Below are positions 27,102 through 40,271 of a stretch of DNA of 44,022 nucleotides, in pieces. The translations under genes and the position numbers were made by a program. The notes beneath the pieces are model-generated. The model was not told the origin of the DNA and ran no database searches. It saw nothing but the letters and a program-made list of their open reading frames with translations. Each line of letters begins with the position of its first letter. Within the stretch, counting starts at the first letter, position 1. This stretch comes from Pseudomonas sp. (GTDB lineage: Bacteria > Pseudomonadota > Gammaproteobacteria > Pseudomonadales > Pseudomonadaceae). The stretch is from the NCBI GenBank assembly GCA_037994305.1, contig JBBNAI010000263.1:1-44022 (forward strand), given 5' to 3'.

Positions 27102-27968
27102 ATGAGCGGCCTGCTGCTGATCCAACCGCGTCTGGAAGACATCGCCGGCCAGCCGATCCTGCGCCCGCTGCCGTCGGCCAAGTGCCGCAGCGTCGGGCCG
27201 TTCGTGTTCTTCGATCACATGCTGGAACAGGCCTACCCGGCCGACAGCGGGATGAACATCAACCAGCACCCGCACATCGGTCTGTCCACCCTCACCTACC
27301 TGTTCGAAGGCGCGCTGCAGCACAAGGACAGCCTCGGCTCCGACCAACTGGTACAAGCCGGCGATGTCAGCTGGATGACGGCCGGGCGTGCCGTCGCCCA
27401 TGTCGAACGCACGCCGGCACCGCTCTGGCAGCAAGCCACGCGCCTGCACGGCCTGCAGGTGTGGCTGGCGCTGCCACTGGCAGAGGAACAGGGTGAGCCC
27501 AGTTACAGCCACCACCCGGCGGCCAGCCTGCCACGCAGTGAAGCCATGGGCGTGGCGATCACCCTGATCGCCGGCAATGGCTTCTGCCTGCAATCGCCGG
27601 TGCCAGTGCGCTCGCCTACCGTCTACGCCGAGTTGAAGCTGCAGGCTGGCGCCAGCCTGATGATTCCCGCCGAACACCGCGAGCGCGCGCTGTACCTGAT
27701 CGAAGGTGAAGCCACGCTGGAAGCAGACGACCTGCCACTACAAGGGCTGGCAGTGCTGCCCGAAGGCGAGGCGCTAACCCTCAGCGCCAGCAGTGAATGT
27801 CACCTGGTACTGATAGGCGGCGAACCGCTGGGACCGCGACGGATGTTCTGGAACTTCGTGGCCAGCGACCCAGCGCTGCTGGAACAAGCCAAGCAGCGCT
27901 GGCAGGCCGGTGACTGGCCGCAGGTGCCGGGCGAAAAGGCGCGGATCGAATTGCCAGGCAGACCGTAG
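27102..27968 (+). CDS. Pirin-family protein
   Basis: GPFVFFDH, HPHIGLSTLTY, HKDSLG, WMTAG...HVE, LQVW, WNFV. Confidence 0.92.
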   Translation: MSGLLLIQPRLEDIAGQPILRPLPSAKCRSVGPFVFFDHMLEQAYPADSGMNINQHPHIGLSTLTYLFEGALQHKDSLGSDQLVQAGDVSWMTAGRAVAHVERTPAPLWQQATRLHGLQVWLALPLAEEQGEPSYSHHPAASLPRSEAMGVAITLIAGNGFCLQSPVPVRSPTVYAELKLQAGASLMIPAEHRERALYLIEGEATLEADDLPLQGLAVLPEGEALTLSASSECHLVLIGGEPLGPRRMFWNFVASDPALLEQAKQRWQAGDWPQVPGEKARIELPGRP

Positions 27969-28037
27969 GGTGGATGACGCTCTGCTCATCCACCAATGAC
28001 CCCGCTCGGTGGATCGGTGAAGCCTGATCCACCCTAC
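27965..28037. repeat. Inverted pair of GTAG-type REP elements (REPIN-like doublet)
   Basis: GTAG-GGTGGATGA...TCATCCACC (27965-27994) and an inverted copy ending ATCCACCCTAC (28008-28037), between convergent genes. Confidence 0.8.
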
Positions 28038-28085
28038 ATCGATGCTTCCCACGCAGAGCATGGGACCCTCTAGCCAGAGCGAATA

Positions 28086-28808
28086 TCAGGCAAACACCTC
28101 GTCGAGCAGGTCATACATCGCCGCAAAAGCACGGCGGGACACCTTGGCGTCGTACTGCATCTTGCCGGGGATGTTGGCCTGCGGATCGGTGAACGAATGC
28201 ACTGCGCGGCCATAGCTGATCAACTGCCAGTCGACACCGGCCGCGCCCATTTCCTCGGCAAACTCGGTCAGCTGCGTACGCGGCACGAACGGATCGGCGG
28301 CGCCATCGAGCACCAGCACGGAACCCTGGATGTTCTGTGCTTCAGCCGGATTGGCACTGTCCAGCGTGCCGTGGAAGGACACCGCCGCCTGCAGCGCCGC
28401 ACCGGCACGGGCCAGCTCCAGCGCGCAATGGCCACCGAAGCAGAAACCGAATACCGCCAGGCGGCTGCTATCCAGCGGCGTACCGGGTTGCGCCTTGAGG
28501 CTGTCGAGGGCGGCCTGCAAGCGCTGGCGCAGGGCGGGCTTGCCCTTCACCGTCATCATCGCCGCGCCGGCTTCATCCATTCCCTGCGGACGCAGCTCGG
28601 CACCATAGACATCCGCCACCAGCACCACATAGCCACGCGCCGCCACCTGCTGGGCGATCTCGATGGCCCCGGCGGATACCCCCATCCAGTTCGGTGCCAT
28701 CAGCAGGCCGGGCCGCGGGGTCGAGTGGGACTCGTCGTACAGCAACTGGCTGGCGAAGGTCTGGCCGTCGATTTCGTAGCGCACGGTCAGGTTGACGATA
28801 GCGTTCAT
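28086..28808 (-). CDS. Dienelactone hydrolase family protein
   Basis: GFCFGG nucleophile elbow, SFHG, DPFV, HSFT; ATG 28808 after SD AAGGAG. Confidence 0.9.
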   Translation of the reverse strand: MNAIVNLTVRYEIDGQTFASQLLYDESHSTPRPGLLMAPNWMGVSAGAIEIAQQVAARGYVVLVADVYGAELRPQGMDEAGAAMMTVKGKPALRQRLQAALDSLKAQPGTPLDSSRLAVFGFCFGGHCALELARAGAALQAAVSFHGTLDSANPAEAQNIQGSVLVLDGAADPFVPRTQLTEFAEEMGAAGVDWQLISYGRAVHSFTDPQANIPGKMQYDAKVSRRAFAAMYDLLDEVFA

Positions 28809-28871
28809 GGCATCTCCTTTAGGTCGAGGGAACACAGCGCTCAGCGGCCCCAGCCGCCAGGCAAGACACGT

Positions 28872-29351
28872 TCAGTCCTGTAGGGTAGCGGCCTCCTGCT
28901 CTGCCAACCCACGGATGTAAGCGGCAAAGCCAGGGTCTTCACCGCGCAGCAGGTGTGGCAGGCGCTCGCGGAAGTCTTCGCGCCGGCTCCACTCACGCAT
29001 GTAGTCCTCCCAGGAGTGCCAGCGCCGACGCTTCTTGGCGTCCATGTCGTCTTCGTAGACCAGCAGATAGGCGCGCTCGAACAGCGAGATGAGCATGTCG
29101 AAAATGACCCACATGCGCTCGCGCTGCTCGTCACTCAGGTCCGGGGTCGCGGCCTGGCTGCGCAGGCGCAGATCGGGATTGGCCAGCACCACTTCGAGGA
29201 AGTCGATATAGGCGTCGGAAATTTGCTGCCAGATGGCCTCTTCCTCGTTCTCGCGCTCCTTGCGTTGCTCGAAGAGAAACACCCCGAGGGCGAATGGCAG
29301 CGCCACCACGGTGACGATATAAGACAGCAGTTCCCAGGTTTGCAGCGTCAT
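28872..29351 (-). CDS. Hypothetical membrane-anchored protein
   Basis: 159 aa, N-terminal TM followed by a charged helical domain; good codon usage. Confidence 0.7.
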   Translation of the reverse strand: MTLQTWELLSYIVTVVALPFALGVFLFEQRKERENEEEAIWQQISDAYIDFLEVVLANPDLRLRSQAATPDLSDEQRERMWVIFDMLISLFERAYLLVYEDDMDAKKRRRWHSWEDYMREWSRREDFRERLPHLLRGEDPGFAAYIRGLAEQEAATLQD

Positions 29352-29398
29352 GACAGTTCCAGCACGGCCAGCTCGACAAGGTGCTTATTAGAACCTGT

Positions 29399-30389
29399 TC
29401 ACTCGTGCTCGGCCCAGCGCTGCTTGATCACCAGAATCTCCGGCATGCAACCGAGGAACACCTCCACCAGCTGCGGATCGAAGTGCTTGCCGCTTTCCCG
29501 GCGCAGCAGGCTGAGGGTGTCCTCCACCGACCAGGCCGCCTTGTACGGGCGTACGCTGGTCAGCGCGTCGAATACGTCGGCGATCGCGACGATGCGTCCT
29601 TCCAGGGGGATTTCCTCGCCCTTGAGGCCGTTCGGGTAGCCGCTTCCATCCCACTTCTCGTGGTGCGTCAGGGCGATGCTGCGGGCCATGCGCAGCAGGC
29701 CGGATTCGTGCTCGCCGATGATCTCGGCGCCGATCTGCGCATGGCTGCGCATCACCCGCCACTCGGCGTCGTCGAGCTTGCCGTTCTTCTGCAGGATGGC
29801 ATCAGGAATACCTATCTTGCCTACGTCGTGCATCGGTGCCGCGTTGAGCAGATCGTCGGCGGCCAGCTCGCTGAAACCCACGGCCAGGGCCAGCACCCGC
29901 GAGTAATGGCTCATGCGGATCACATGCAGGCCGGTTTCGTTGTCCTTGTACTCGGCCGCCAGGCCAAGACGCTGGACGATCTGCAGGCGGGTCTGCTTGA
30001 GCTCATCGACCCGCACCAGCGACAGGTGGGTACGCACCCGCGCCCGCACGATGGGTGGGCTGACCGGCTTGGTGATGTAGTCCACCGCACCAACCTCGAA
30101 ACCGCGTGCCTCGTCGTCGACATCGGCCAGGGCGGTGACGAAGATCACCGGGATCGCCAGCGTGTCAGCAGCCTGCTTGAGACGCGTGCAAACCTCGTAG
30201 CCGGTCATGCCCGGCATCATCACGTCGAGCAGGATCAGGTCCGGCCGTTCGCGCGCCGCCAGCTCCAGGGCCTTGTCGCCGTCCTTGGCGAAGAACAGAC
30301 GGTAGTCGTCCTGAAGAATCTGCCGCAGCACCTGCAGGTTGGTTGGCTCATCGTCGACCAGCAGGAGTTTGGGGCGTGTATCCACGGGT

Positions 30390-30397
<8 letters not shown>
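29399..30397 (-). CDS. REC + HD-GYP response regulator (RpfG-like cyclic di-GMP phosphodiesterase)
   Basis: LLVDDE...LDVMMP...TKP; [37 protein letters not shown]; start moved to ATG 30397, overlapping the kinase stop. Confidence 0.92.
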
Positions 30398-34079
<3,682 letters not shown>

Positions 34080-34200
34080 ACGAACTCTGGCTGGCGGCCC
34101 TGAAACGGCGGTGGATCATGGAAGTTAAACAGGTATTGCGAAGATGACACCCGGCCATTAAATAGCCATCACTGCTCTAGCTCCAGCGTTATTCGTCAGG

Positions 34201-34227
34201 TGGTCGGCACCCTGGCACTTTCCTTTA
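34201..34227 (-). promoter_or_regulatory. sigma28 (FliA)-like promoter
   Basis: Minus strand TAAA-N15-GCCGACCA versus consensus TAAA-N15-GCCGATAA. Confidence 0.5.
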
Positions 34228-34233
34228 GCCATG

Positions 34234-34259
34234 AAAAAACCCGCCGAAGCGGGCTTTTT
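34234..34259 (-). terminator. Intrinsic terminator after htpG (potentially bidirectional)
   Basis: AAAAAA-CCCGC-CGAA-GCGGG-CTTTTT. Confidence 0.8.
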
Positions 34260-34274
34260 CACTTACAGCAGCGG

Positions 34275-36173
34275 TCAGGCAGACAGCTCGACCAACAGCT
34301 TGTTCAGGCGGCGCACATAGGCAGCCGGGTCCTTCAGGCTGTCGCCAGCGGCCAGGGCCGCCTGGTCGAAGAGGATGTGCGACAGCTCGCCGAAGCGCTC
34401 TTCGTCCGGCTCGCCGTCGAGTTTCTCGATCAGCGGGTGGGCCGGGTTGAACTCGAAGATCGGCTTGGACTCTGGCACTTTCTGCCCGCTGGCTTCGAGG
34501 ATCTGGCGCATCTGCAGGCCGAGGTCCTGTTCGCCGATGGCCAGGATCGCCGGCGAGTCGGTCAGGCGGTGCGACACGCGCACTTCCGCGACTTCATCAC
34601 CCAGCGCCGCTTTTAGGCGCTCGACCAGCCCTTCCTTGGCCTTGGAGACTTCTTCCTGGGCCTTCTTGTCCTCTTCCGAGTCCAGCTTGCCGAGGTCGAG
34701 GTCACCGCGCGCCACGTCAACAAAGCCCTTGCCGTCGAAGTCGCTGAGGTAGCTCATCAGCCACTCGTCGATACGGTCGGTGAGCAGCAGCACTTCGATG
34801 CCTTTCTTGCGGAACACTTCCAGGTGCGGGCTGTTGCGCACTTGCGCGTAGCTCTCGCCGGTGAGGAAGTAGATCTTGTCCTGGCCTTCCTTGACCCGCG
34901 CCAGGTAGTCGGCAAGGCCCACAGACTGCTCGCCGGACTCGTCGCTGGTGGAGGCAAAGCGCAGCAGCGTGGCGATCTTCTCCTTGTTGGCGAAGTCTTC
35001 CGCCGGACCTTCCTTGAGCACCTGGCCGAAGTTCTTCCAGAAGCCCTTGTATTGCTCGGGTTCGTTTTTCGCCAGTTTCTCCAGCATGTCCAGCACGCGC
35101 TTGGTCAGCGCCGACTTCATCGAGTCGATGACCGGGCCGGACTGGAGGATTTCACGGGAGACGTTCAGCGACAGGTCGTTGGAGTCGACCACGCCCTTGA
35201 TGAAGCGCAGGTACAGCGGCAGGAACTGGTCCGCCTGGTCCATGATGAACACGCGCTGCACATACAGCTTGAGGCCGCGCGGGGCTTCGCGCTGGTACAG
35301 GTCGAACGGCGCGCGGGCCGGCACGTAGAGCAGCGAGCTGTATTCCAGCTTGCCCTCGACCTTGTTGTGGCTCCAGCTCAGCGGGTTCTCGTAATCGTGG
35401 GCGACGTGCTTGTAGAACTCCTGGTATTCCTCGTCCTTGATCTCGGTACGCGGACGGGTCCACAGGGCGCTGGCGCGGTTGATGGTTTCCCACTCGACCT
35501 CGGCCGGCTGTTCTTCGCCCTGGGCTTCCTTCGGCAGCTCGATCGGCAAGGCAATGTGATCGGAGTATTTCTTGATCACATTGCGCAGGCGCCAGCCATC
35601 GGCGAACTCTTCCTCACCGCTCTTCAGGTGCAGGACGATGCGGGTGCCACGCTCGGCTTTCTCGACGCCGGCGATGTCGAACTCGCCCTCGCCCTTGGAC
35701 GACCAATGCACACCTTCGCTGGCCGCAGTACCGGCGCGACGGCTATACACATCGACCTTGTCGGCAACGATGAAGGCCGAGTAGAAGCCCACACCGAACT
35801 GACCGATCAGGTGCGAATCCTTCTTCTGGTCGCCGGTGAGGTTCTTCATGAAGTCGGCGGTGCCGGACTTGGCGATGGTGCCGAGGTGAGCGATCACTTC
35901 CTCGCGGTTCATGCCGATGCCGTTGTCGTCGAGGGTGACGGTCTTGGCATCCTTGTCAAAGCTGACGCGGATGCGCAGGTCGGCGCCACCTTCGAGCAGT
36001 TCTGGCTGGGCCAGCGCCTCGAAACGCAGCTTGTCGGCAGCATCCGACGCGTTGGAAATCAGCTCCCGCAGGAAGATTTCCTTGTTCGAATACAGCGAAT
36101 GGATCATCAGGTGTAGCAGTTGCTTCACCTCGGTCTGGAAGCCCAGGGTTTCTTTTTGAGTTTCCACACTCAT
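34275..36173 (-). CDS. htpG: Molecular chaperone HtpG (Hsp90)
   Basis: [46 protein letters not shown]. Confidence 0.98.
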   Translation of the reverse strand: MSVETQKETLGFQTEVKQLLHLMIHSLYSNKEIFLRELISNASDAADKLRFEALAQPELLEGGADLRIRVSFDKDAKTVTLDDNGIGMNREEVIAHLGTIAKSGTADFMKNLTGDQKKDSHLIGQFGVGFYSAFIVADKVDVYSRRAGTAASEGVHWSSKGEGEFDIAGVEKAERGTRIVLHLKSGEEEFADGWRLRNVIKKYSDHIALPIELPKEAQGEEQPAEVEWETINRASALWTRPRTEIKDEEYQEFYKHVAHDYENPLSWSHNKVEGKLEYSSLLYVPARAPFDLYQREAPRGLKLYVQRVFIMDQADQFLPLYLRFIKGVVDSNDLSLNVSREILQSGPVIDSMKSALTKRVLDMLEKLAKNEPEQYKGFWKNFGQVLKEGPAEDFANKEKIATLLRFASTSDESGEQSVGLADYLARVKEGQDKIYFLTGESYAQVRNSPHLEVFRKKGIEVLLLTDRIDEWLMSYLSDFDGKGFVDVARGDLDLGKLDSEEDKKAQEEVSKAKEGLVERLKAALGDEVAEVRVSHRLTDSPAILAIGEQDLGLQMRQILEASGQKVPESKPIFEFNPAHPLIEKLDGEPDEERFGELSHILFDQAALAAGDSLKDPAAYVRRLNKLLVELSA

Positions 36174-36227
36174 GGTCGTCTAACTCCACATGCAGGACAG
36201 GCCGCAAACGCGGCGGATGTCATGCAG

Positions 36228-36253
36228 ATGGGGGCTTCGTTTGGGATTTCAAG
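36228..36253 (-). promoter_or_regulatory. sigma32 (RpoH) promoter of htpG
   Basis: Minus strand CTTGAA-N14-CCCCAT. Confidence 0.85.
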
Positions 36254-36360
36254 TGCTTGCGGGTCAGCCTTGAGTCGGCTGAGCGGGTCGGGGCGACCTG
36301 CGCTTCGGGGCCCGACGGCCCACTACCGGGAGCCCCGCAGGCGCGGGACTCCCCTTGTGC

Positions 36361-37602
36361 TCACGGCTCGAGCAGTTCGACCTTGAGGATATCGTCCAGC
36401 GGCAGGTTGAAATTGACCTGACCGTTGCCGCCATGTTGCTGGCTGAGCAGGATGTTGCCAGTGCTGTCGAGCCCGGCGAAACGCCCTTCGGCGACCCCGC
36501 CACTGGACTTGGTCACGCGCATGCTGAGGTTGCGGTACTGCTCCGGGCTGCGCTGCAGACGCAGCAGGGAGAAATGCTGGCGACGGTCGACGACCGGTTT
36601 GCTCGTTGCCACCGATCTGGCGCTGGCAACCGGTGCGGCCACCACCGGCTTGTCGAGCGTCGGCAACGCCGGATAGCGATCCCCTTCCACCTGCCAACCG
36701 CGCGGGCCTTTGAACAGCACCAAAGCCAGCTGCTGCGACTGGCCATTGATGCGCGCTTCGATATCCAGCGGCACACGGGTGGTCGGGAAGGTGATGTCCG
36801 GCAATTCGGCGACCTGCACCACACGGCTGCTGAAACGCCGCTGCAGGTAATCGTCGACCACCCGCGCCAGGGTTTCCCGCGAGTCGAAGGCATTGTCCAG
36901 GCGGCCATCGTGGTAGCGCAGGCGATCGCTGAACAGCTCCAGGCTGCCACTCAGGGTGGTCTTGAACGCTGGCGGCAACACCAGATGGAAATCACCCTGC
37001 AGCTTGTTCGGCGGTAGCGCCTGCAGGGCCAGGTGCAGGGTGTAGCCCTTGCTCAGGCGACGCGCCTCGGGCAGATCCTGTTCAGGCAACAGCCAGCTGA
37101 CTTCGACTTCCGGTTGCGGGCCGCTATCGGACGGCAGCACATCCAGCACAATCGGCGCTTTCATGTCCTTGGGCAGGCGAATCTTCACCTCGCGCCGGGC
37201 AAAGAAGTCCTCGCCTTCACGCAGGCTGAGCACGCCGTCGATCAGCTCGGCGTGCTGCGGTTTGAAGGGCTGACCGTTGAGTTCGCCGTTCAGGCGAATA
37301 TTCAGTTCGGCTGGCGCCAGTTGATCGGCCTTGAGCCACTTGAGGCTGAGGATCGCCTCCAGGCGCGCAGCATCCTGGCTAGCCATCAGCGTCAACCCGA
37401 CCACCAGCGGAATGAAGCCCAGTGCGCTCAGCGCAACGGCCTTGCGCGCGGTGCGCCAGTGGCGCACCACATAGATCAGGGTGATCGGTGGGATCAAACA
37501 GCCCCAGCCCCACAGCAAGCTGGTGCCGAACGCCCGCATCACCAGCCAGACCAGACCGACCAGGATCAGCAGTACCCCGCCGAGGATCAGCAATGCATCC
37601 AT
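36361..37602 (-). CDS. Conserved hypothetical membrane protein (about three N-terminal TMs, large soluble domain)
   Basis: 413 aa, hydrophobic N-terminus; SD preceded by A-rich AATAAAACAACAAGG; no catalytic motif recognised. Confidence 0.75.
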   Translation of the reverse strand: MDALLILGGVLLILVGLVWLVMRAFGTSLLWGWGCLIPPITLIYVVRHWRTARKAVALSALGFIPLVVGLTLMASQDAARLEAILSLKWLKADQLAPAELNIRLNGELNGQPFKPQHAELIDGVLSLREGEDFFARREVKIRLPKDMKAPIVLDVLPSDSGPQPEVEVSWLLPEQDLPEARRLSKGYTLHLALQALPPNKLQGDFHLVLPPAFKTTLSGSLELFSDRLRYHDGRLDNAFDSRETLARVVDDYLQRRFSSRVVQVAELPDITFPTTRVPLDIEARINGQSQQLALVLFKGPRGWQVEGDRYPALPTLDKPVVAAPVASARSVATSKPVVDRRQHFSLLRLQRSPEQYRNLSMRVTKSSGGVAEGRFAGLDSTGNILLSQQHGGNGQVNFNLPLDDILKVELLEP

Positions 37603-37659
37603 CGAGAATTCCTTGTTGTTTTATTGGACGCAGGTTTGGCAATCCCAGAGAAAAGGCTC

Positions 37660-38106
37660 TCAGGGCTCATCGACCTTGAAATGCGCCCGTGCCGTGGCAA
37701 TAGGCTCGGTCTGGCTGGTCTGCCAGGCGGTGATCGCCACGTTGGCGACCCGCCGTCCCTGGCGCCAGACCTGGCACTGAACGAAGGTGTCACGATAATG
37801 GCCGGCGCGTAGGTAATCTATCGAGAAGTCGATGATTTTCGGCAAATGTGGAATGCCCATGAACATCAGCAGATGCAGCATCGCCGCATGTTCCATGAAG
37901 CCGGCAATCACCCCGCCGTGCAGCGCCGGCAAGGTCGGATTGCCGATGTTGTCCTTGTTAGCCGGCAGGCGGAAAACCATATCATCGCCCAGGCGCAGGC
38001 ATTCGATGCCGATCAGCTTGGCGTAGGGAATCAGGCTCAGCAGCGTGTCGTAGTCGTTCTTCTCGTGGGCTTCACGCACCAGCGCATTGAGGTTGAGAGC
38101 AGTCAT
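37660..38106 (-). CDS. PaaI-family thioesterase
   Basis: IGNPTLPALHGGVIAGFME, IDYLRAG; start moved to ATG 38106 (ATGA overlap). Confidence 0.88.
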   Translation of the reverse strand: MTALNLNALVREAHEKNDYDTLLSLIPYAKLIGIECLRLGDDMVFRLPANKDNIGNPTLPALHGGVIAGFMEHAAMLHLLMFMGIPHLPKIIDFSIDYLRAGHYRDTFVQCQVWRQGRRVANVAITAWQTSQTEPIATARAHFKVDEP

Positions 38107-38573
38107 TGCGCGACCTCCGGCTTCTTCGCCACATCGAGCTTCGGCGCCCCCTTGCCCATGCGCATAAAGGCACCCACGACATGGGCGATCGGCTCGTCCG
38201 GGCTGTCCTGGTAGGCATAGCCGCGGGTGAAGATCACATTCTCGGTCACCCGGTAGCACTCGGCGAAGCCGTAGACATCCTTGTGCGGCTCGGCGGGGCG
38301 CATGTAGTCGATGCGCAAGTCCAGCGTCGGGCAGATCTCGAACTCGGGCAGTACGCAGACCGTGGAAATACCACAGGTGGTGTCCATCAGCGTGGTGATG
38401 GCACCACCGTGAATCACCCCGGTTTCCGGGTTGCCGATGATTTGCGTGCTGTAGGGCAGGCGCAGGGTCAGCCCTGCCGCGCGGGCCTCATGCACCGCGA
38501 TACCCAGTACCTGGCAGTGGCGAAGGGCAGACAGGAAGCGCCGGGCGCGCTCCTCAAGAATGTTATCGCTCAT
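38103..38573 (-). CDS. PaaI-family thioesterase
   Basis: IGNPETGVIHGGAITTLMD, TLDLRIDYMRPA. Confidence 0.88.
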   Translation of the reverse strand: MSDNILEERARRFLSALRHCQVLGIAVHEARAAGLTLRLPYSTQIIGNPETGVIHGGAITTLMDTTCGISTVCVLPEFEICPTLDLRIDYMRPAEPHKDVYGFAECYRVTENVIFTRGYAYQDSPDEPIAHVVGAFMRMGKGAPKLDVAKKPEVAQ

Positions 38574-38638
38574 CGTCGATGACCTCATGGCGACTGCGGA
38601 AAAGCCCAGGATGATACCTGCGCGGAGTAAAACTCACT

Positions 38639-38666
38639 GAACTAATGCCGCGGGGCATGTCTCGAA
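38639..38666 (+). promoter_or_regulatory. AlgU/sigmaE-like promoter
   Basis: GAACTA-N17-TCGAA. Confidence 0.4.
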
Positions 38667-38701
38667 AAACTGTTGGCCATTTTTCCAAGGAGAACGACCC
38701 C

Positions 38702-38971
38702 ATGCAAAAATCTCTCGCTTACGCACTCATGCTGGCTGCCACGCTAGGCCTTGCCGCCTGTGACAAACCGTCCGAGGACAAAGCCGAAGAAGCGCGCGAG
38801 GCGCAATCCGAAGCGCAGGACTCGATGAACGAGGCCGCCGAGCACAGTAACGAAGCCGCGCAGAAAGCCGGCGAGGCTGCCGAGGAACGCGCCAAGGAGA
38901 ATGCCGACGACGTGCCGGCCGTACCCACCGCGCCGGTACCGCCACCACCACCAGCCAATCAGCAACAATAA
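38702..38971 (+). CDS. Small acidic lipoprotein with Pro-rich tail
   Basis: SD AAGGAG; MQKSLAYALMLAATLGLAA-C lipobox. Confidence 0.85.
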   Translation: MQKSLAYALMLAATLGLAACDKPSEDKAEEAREAQSEAQDSMNEAAEHSNEAAQKAGEAAEERAKENADDVPAVPTAPVPPPPPANQQQ

Positions 38972-39060
38972 TCCGTTGCGCGCAGCCTGTGCTCATGCCG
39001 CAGGCTGCGCCTCCACCACCGGCCGACACCCTGCGCCGCATTTGCTGACGCGCGTCTTTG

Positions 39061-39088
39061 GAACTTCCTGCACCTCTCCCCGCTCCTA
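39061..39088 (+). promoter_or_regulatory. AlgU/sigmaE-like promoter
   Basis: GAACTT-N17-TCCTA. Confidence 0.5.
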
Positions 39089-39128
39089 TGGGTACGGATA
39101 TTCATCCGCATCACCTGGAGATTCAATC

Positions 39129-39416
39129 GTGCAAAAATCGCTGACCTACGCCCTGATCCTTGCCGCCACCCTTGGCCTGGCTGCTTGCGAGAAGACGCCG
39201 GAAGACAAGATGGATGCCGCCAAGGAAAACGTGTCCGAAGCCATGGAGTCCCTCGGCGACGCCGCCAAGGACACCGGTGATGCGATCGAGCAGAAAGCTG
39301 ATCAGGTCACCGGCCACGAACCCACTGCTGGCGAGAAGATGGAAGACGCTGCCGACAATGCCGCCGACGCCATCAAAGACGCCGGGGACGAGGCCAAGGA
39401 CGCCGTCGACAACTAA
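39129..39416 (+). CDS. Small acidic lipoprotein, paralogue of the upstream gene
   Basis: SD GGAG, GTG start; MQKSLTYALILAATLGLAA-C lipobox; A/D/K-rich repeats. Confidence 0.85.
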   Translation: MQKSLTYALILAATLGLAACEKTPEDKMDAAKENVSEAMESLGDAAKDTGDAIEQKADQVTGHEPTAGEKMEDAADNAADAIKDAGDEAKDAVDN

Positions 39417-39432
39417 TCCGAACCGCTACAGC

Positions 39433-39466
39433 ACGAGGCCCGCATTTTGCGGGCCTCGTCGTTTTT
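39433..39466 (+). terminator. Intrinsic terminator
   Basis: ACGAGGCCCGC-ATTTT-GCGGGCCTCGT followed by CGTTTTT. Confidence 0.75.
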
Positions 39467-39875
39467 ACACGCTGACGATCAGCCAGCGCAGTGCCGGGCT
39501 GAGCATCAGCAGCAGGCAGCACAGCAGGCCGACCACCCAGACCAGCGAACGCGGCGTAGCCAGGTCACGCCAGTAAAAAACCAGATACAGCACGCGGGTG
39601 ACGATGTAGAGGATCGCCAGCAGATCGACCCACCAGCCGAACACCTCGGTGGTGTGGGCCATCAGCACCCCGGCGGCGAACAGCGGGAACATCTCGATGC
39701 TGTTGAGATGAGCCGCATGGGCGCGAGCGCCCAGGCCGGTCAGGCGCGCCTGCTGCTCGCGCGGATGGTGATTGTCGTAACCACCGGACTCAGCATTCAT
39801 GGCCTTGGCCACCGGCAGTTTGGCGAGATAGATCAACAAGGCAGCAATAAACACGCACCAGAACGGGATACTCAT
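39465..39875 (-). CDS. MAPEG-family membrane protein
   Basis: YDNHHPR, RAHAAHLNSIE, RVLY; four TM segments. Confidence 0.85.
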   Translation of the reverse strand: MSIPFWCVFIAALLIYLAKLPVAKAMNAESGGYDNHHPREQQARLTGLGARAHAAHLNSIEMFPLFAAGVLMAHTTEVFGWWVDLLAILYIVTRVLYLVFYWRDLATPRSLVWVVGLLCCLLLMLSPALRWLIVSV

Positions 39876-39965
39876 TGTTTGCTCTCCTTCGGCAGCTCCG
39901 CCGCCTGAGTGGGGTGTACACCTTCACCTTTAGCACATCGCGCCCAACAGCCACGACAACAGTTA

Positions 39966-40271
39966 TCAGCGGCGCCGATAACTCTTGTTGCCGGCCGGCG
40001 TCAGGCAGTACTGGCCACCGCGCGGGCCAGTGCACAGCACACCGCCACCGCACGGGCACTCACCAGCGCCCTGCAATTGCAGGGGCGCACTTGCAGCACT
40101 GCCGGAGCAGTTCTTTTTAGAACCACTGATCGAGCCATCGTTGCAGACAAATAACGCCCCATCGCACCGGGCGATTCCACCCTTGCTGCCTGAACAGGGT
40201 TGATTGCCCGCCAGCGCCGGCCCACACAGCCCTAGCAGCAATATGGCCGTCAGCAGGCGCCGATAACTCAC
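39966..40271 (-). CDS. Small secreted Cys-rich protein (YdcA-like domain plus a GPRGG-type C-terminal module)
   Basis: Signal peptide; [31 protein letters not shown]; CPC...[10 protein letters not shown]; GTG start overlaps the cobJ TGA. Confidence 0.75.
   Translation of the reverse strand: MSYRRLLTAILLLGLCGPALAGNQPCSGSKGGIARCDGALFVCNDGSISGSKKNCSGSAASAPLQLQGAGECPCGGGVLCTGPRGGQYCLTPAGNKSYRRR

Noticed and set aside
36264-36353. Cluster of three GC-rich hairpins upstream of the htpG sigma32 promoter
   Set aside because: Short stems are expected by chance at this GC content; no U-tract; lies outside the predicted htpG transcript, so not a thermometer
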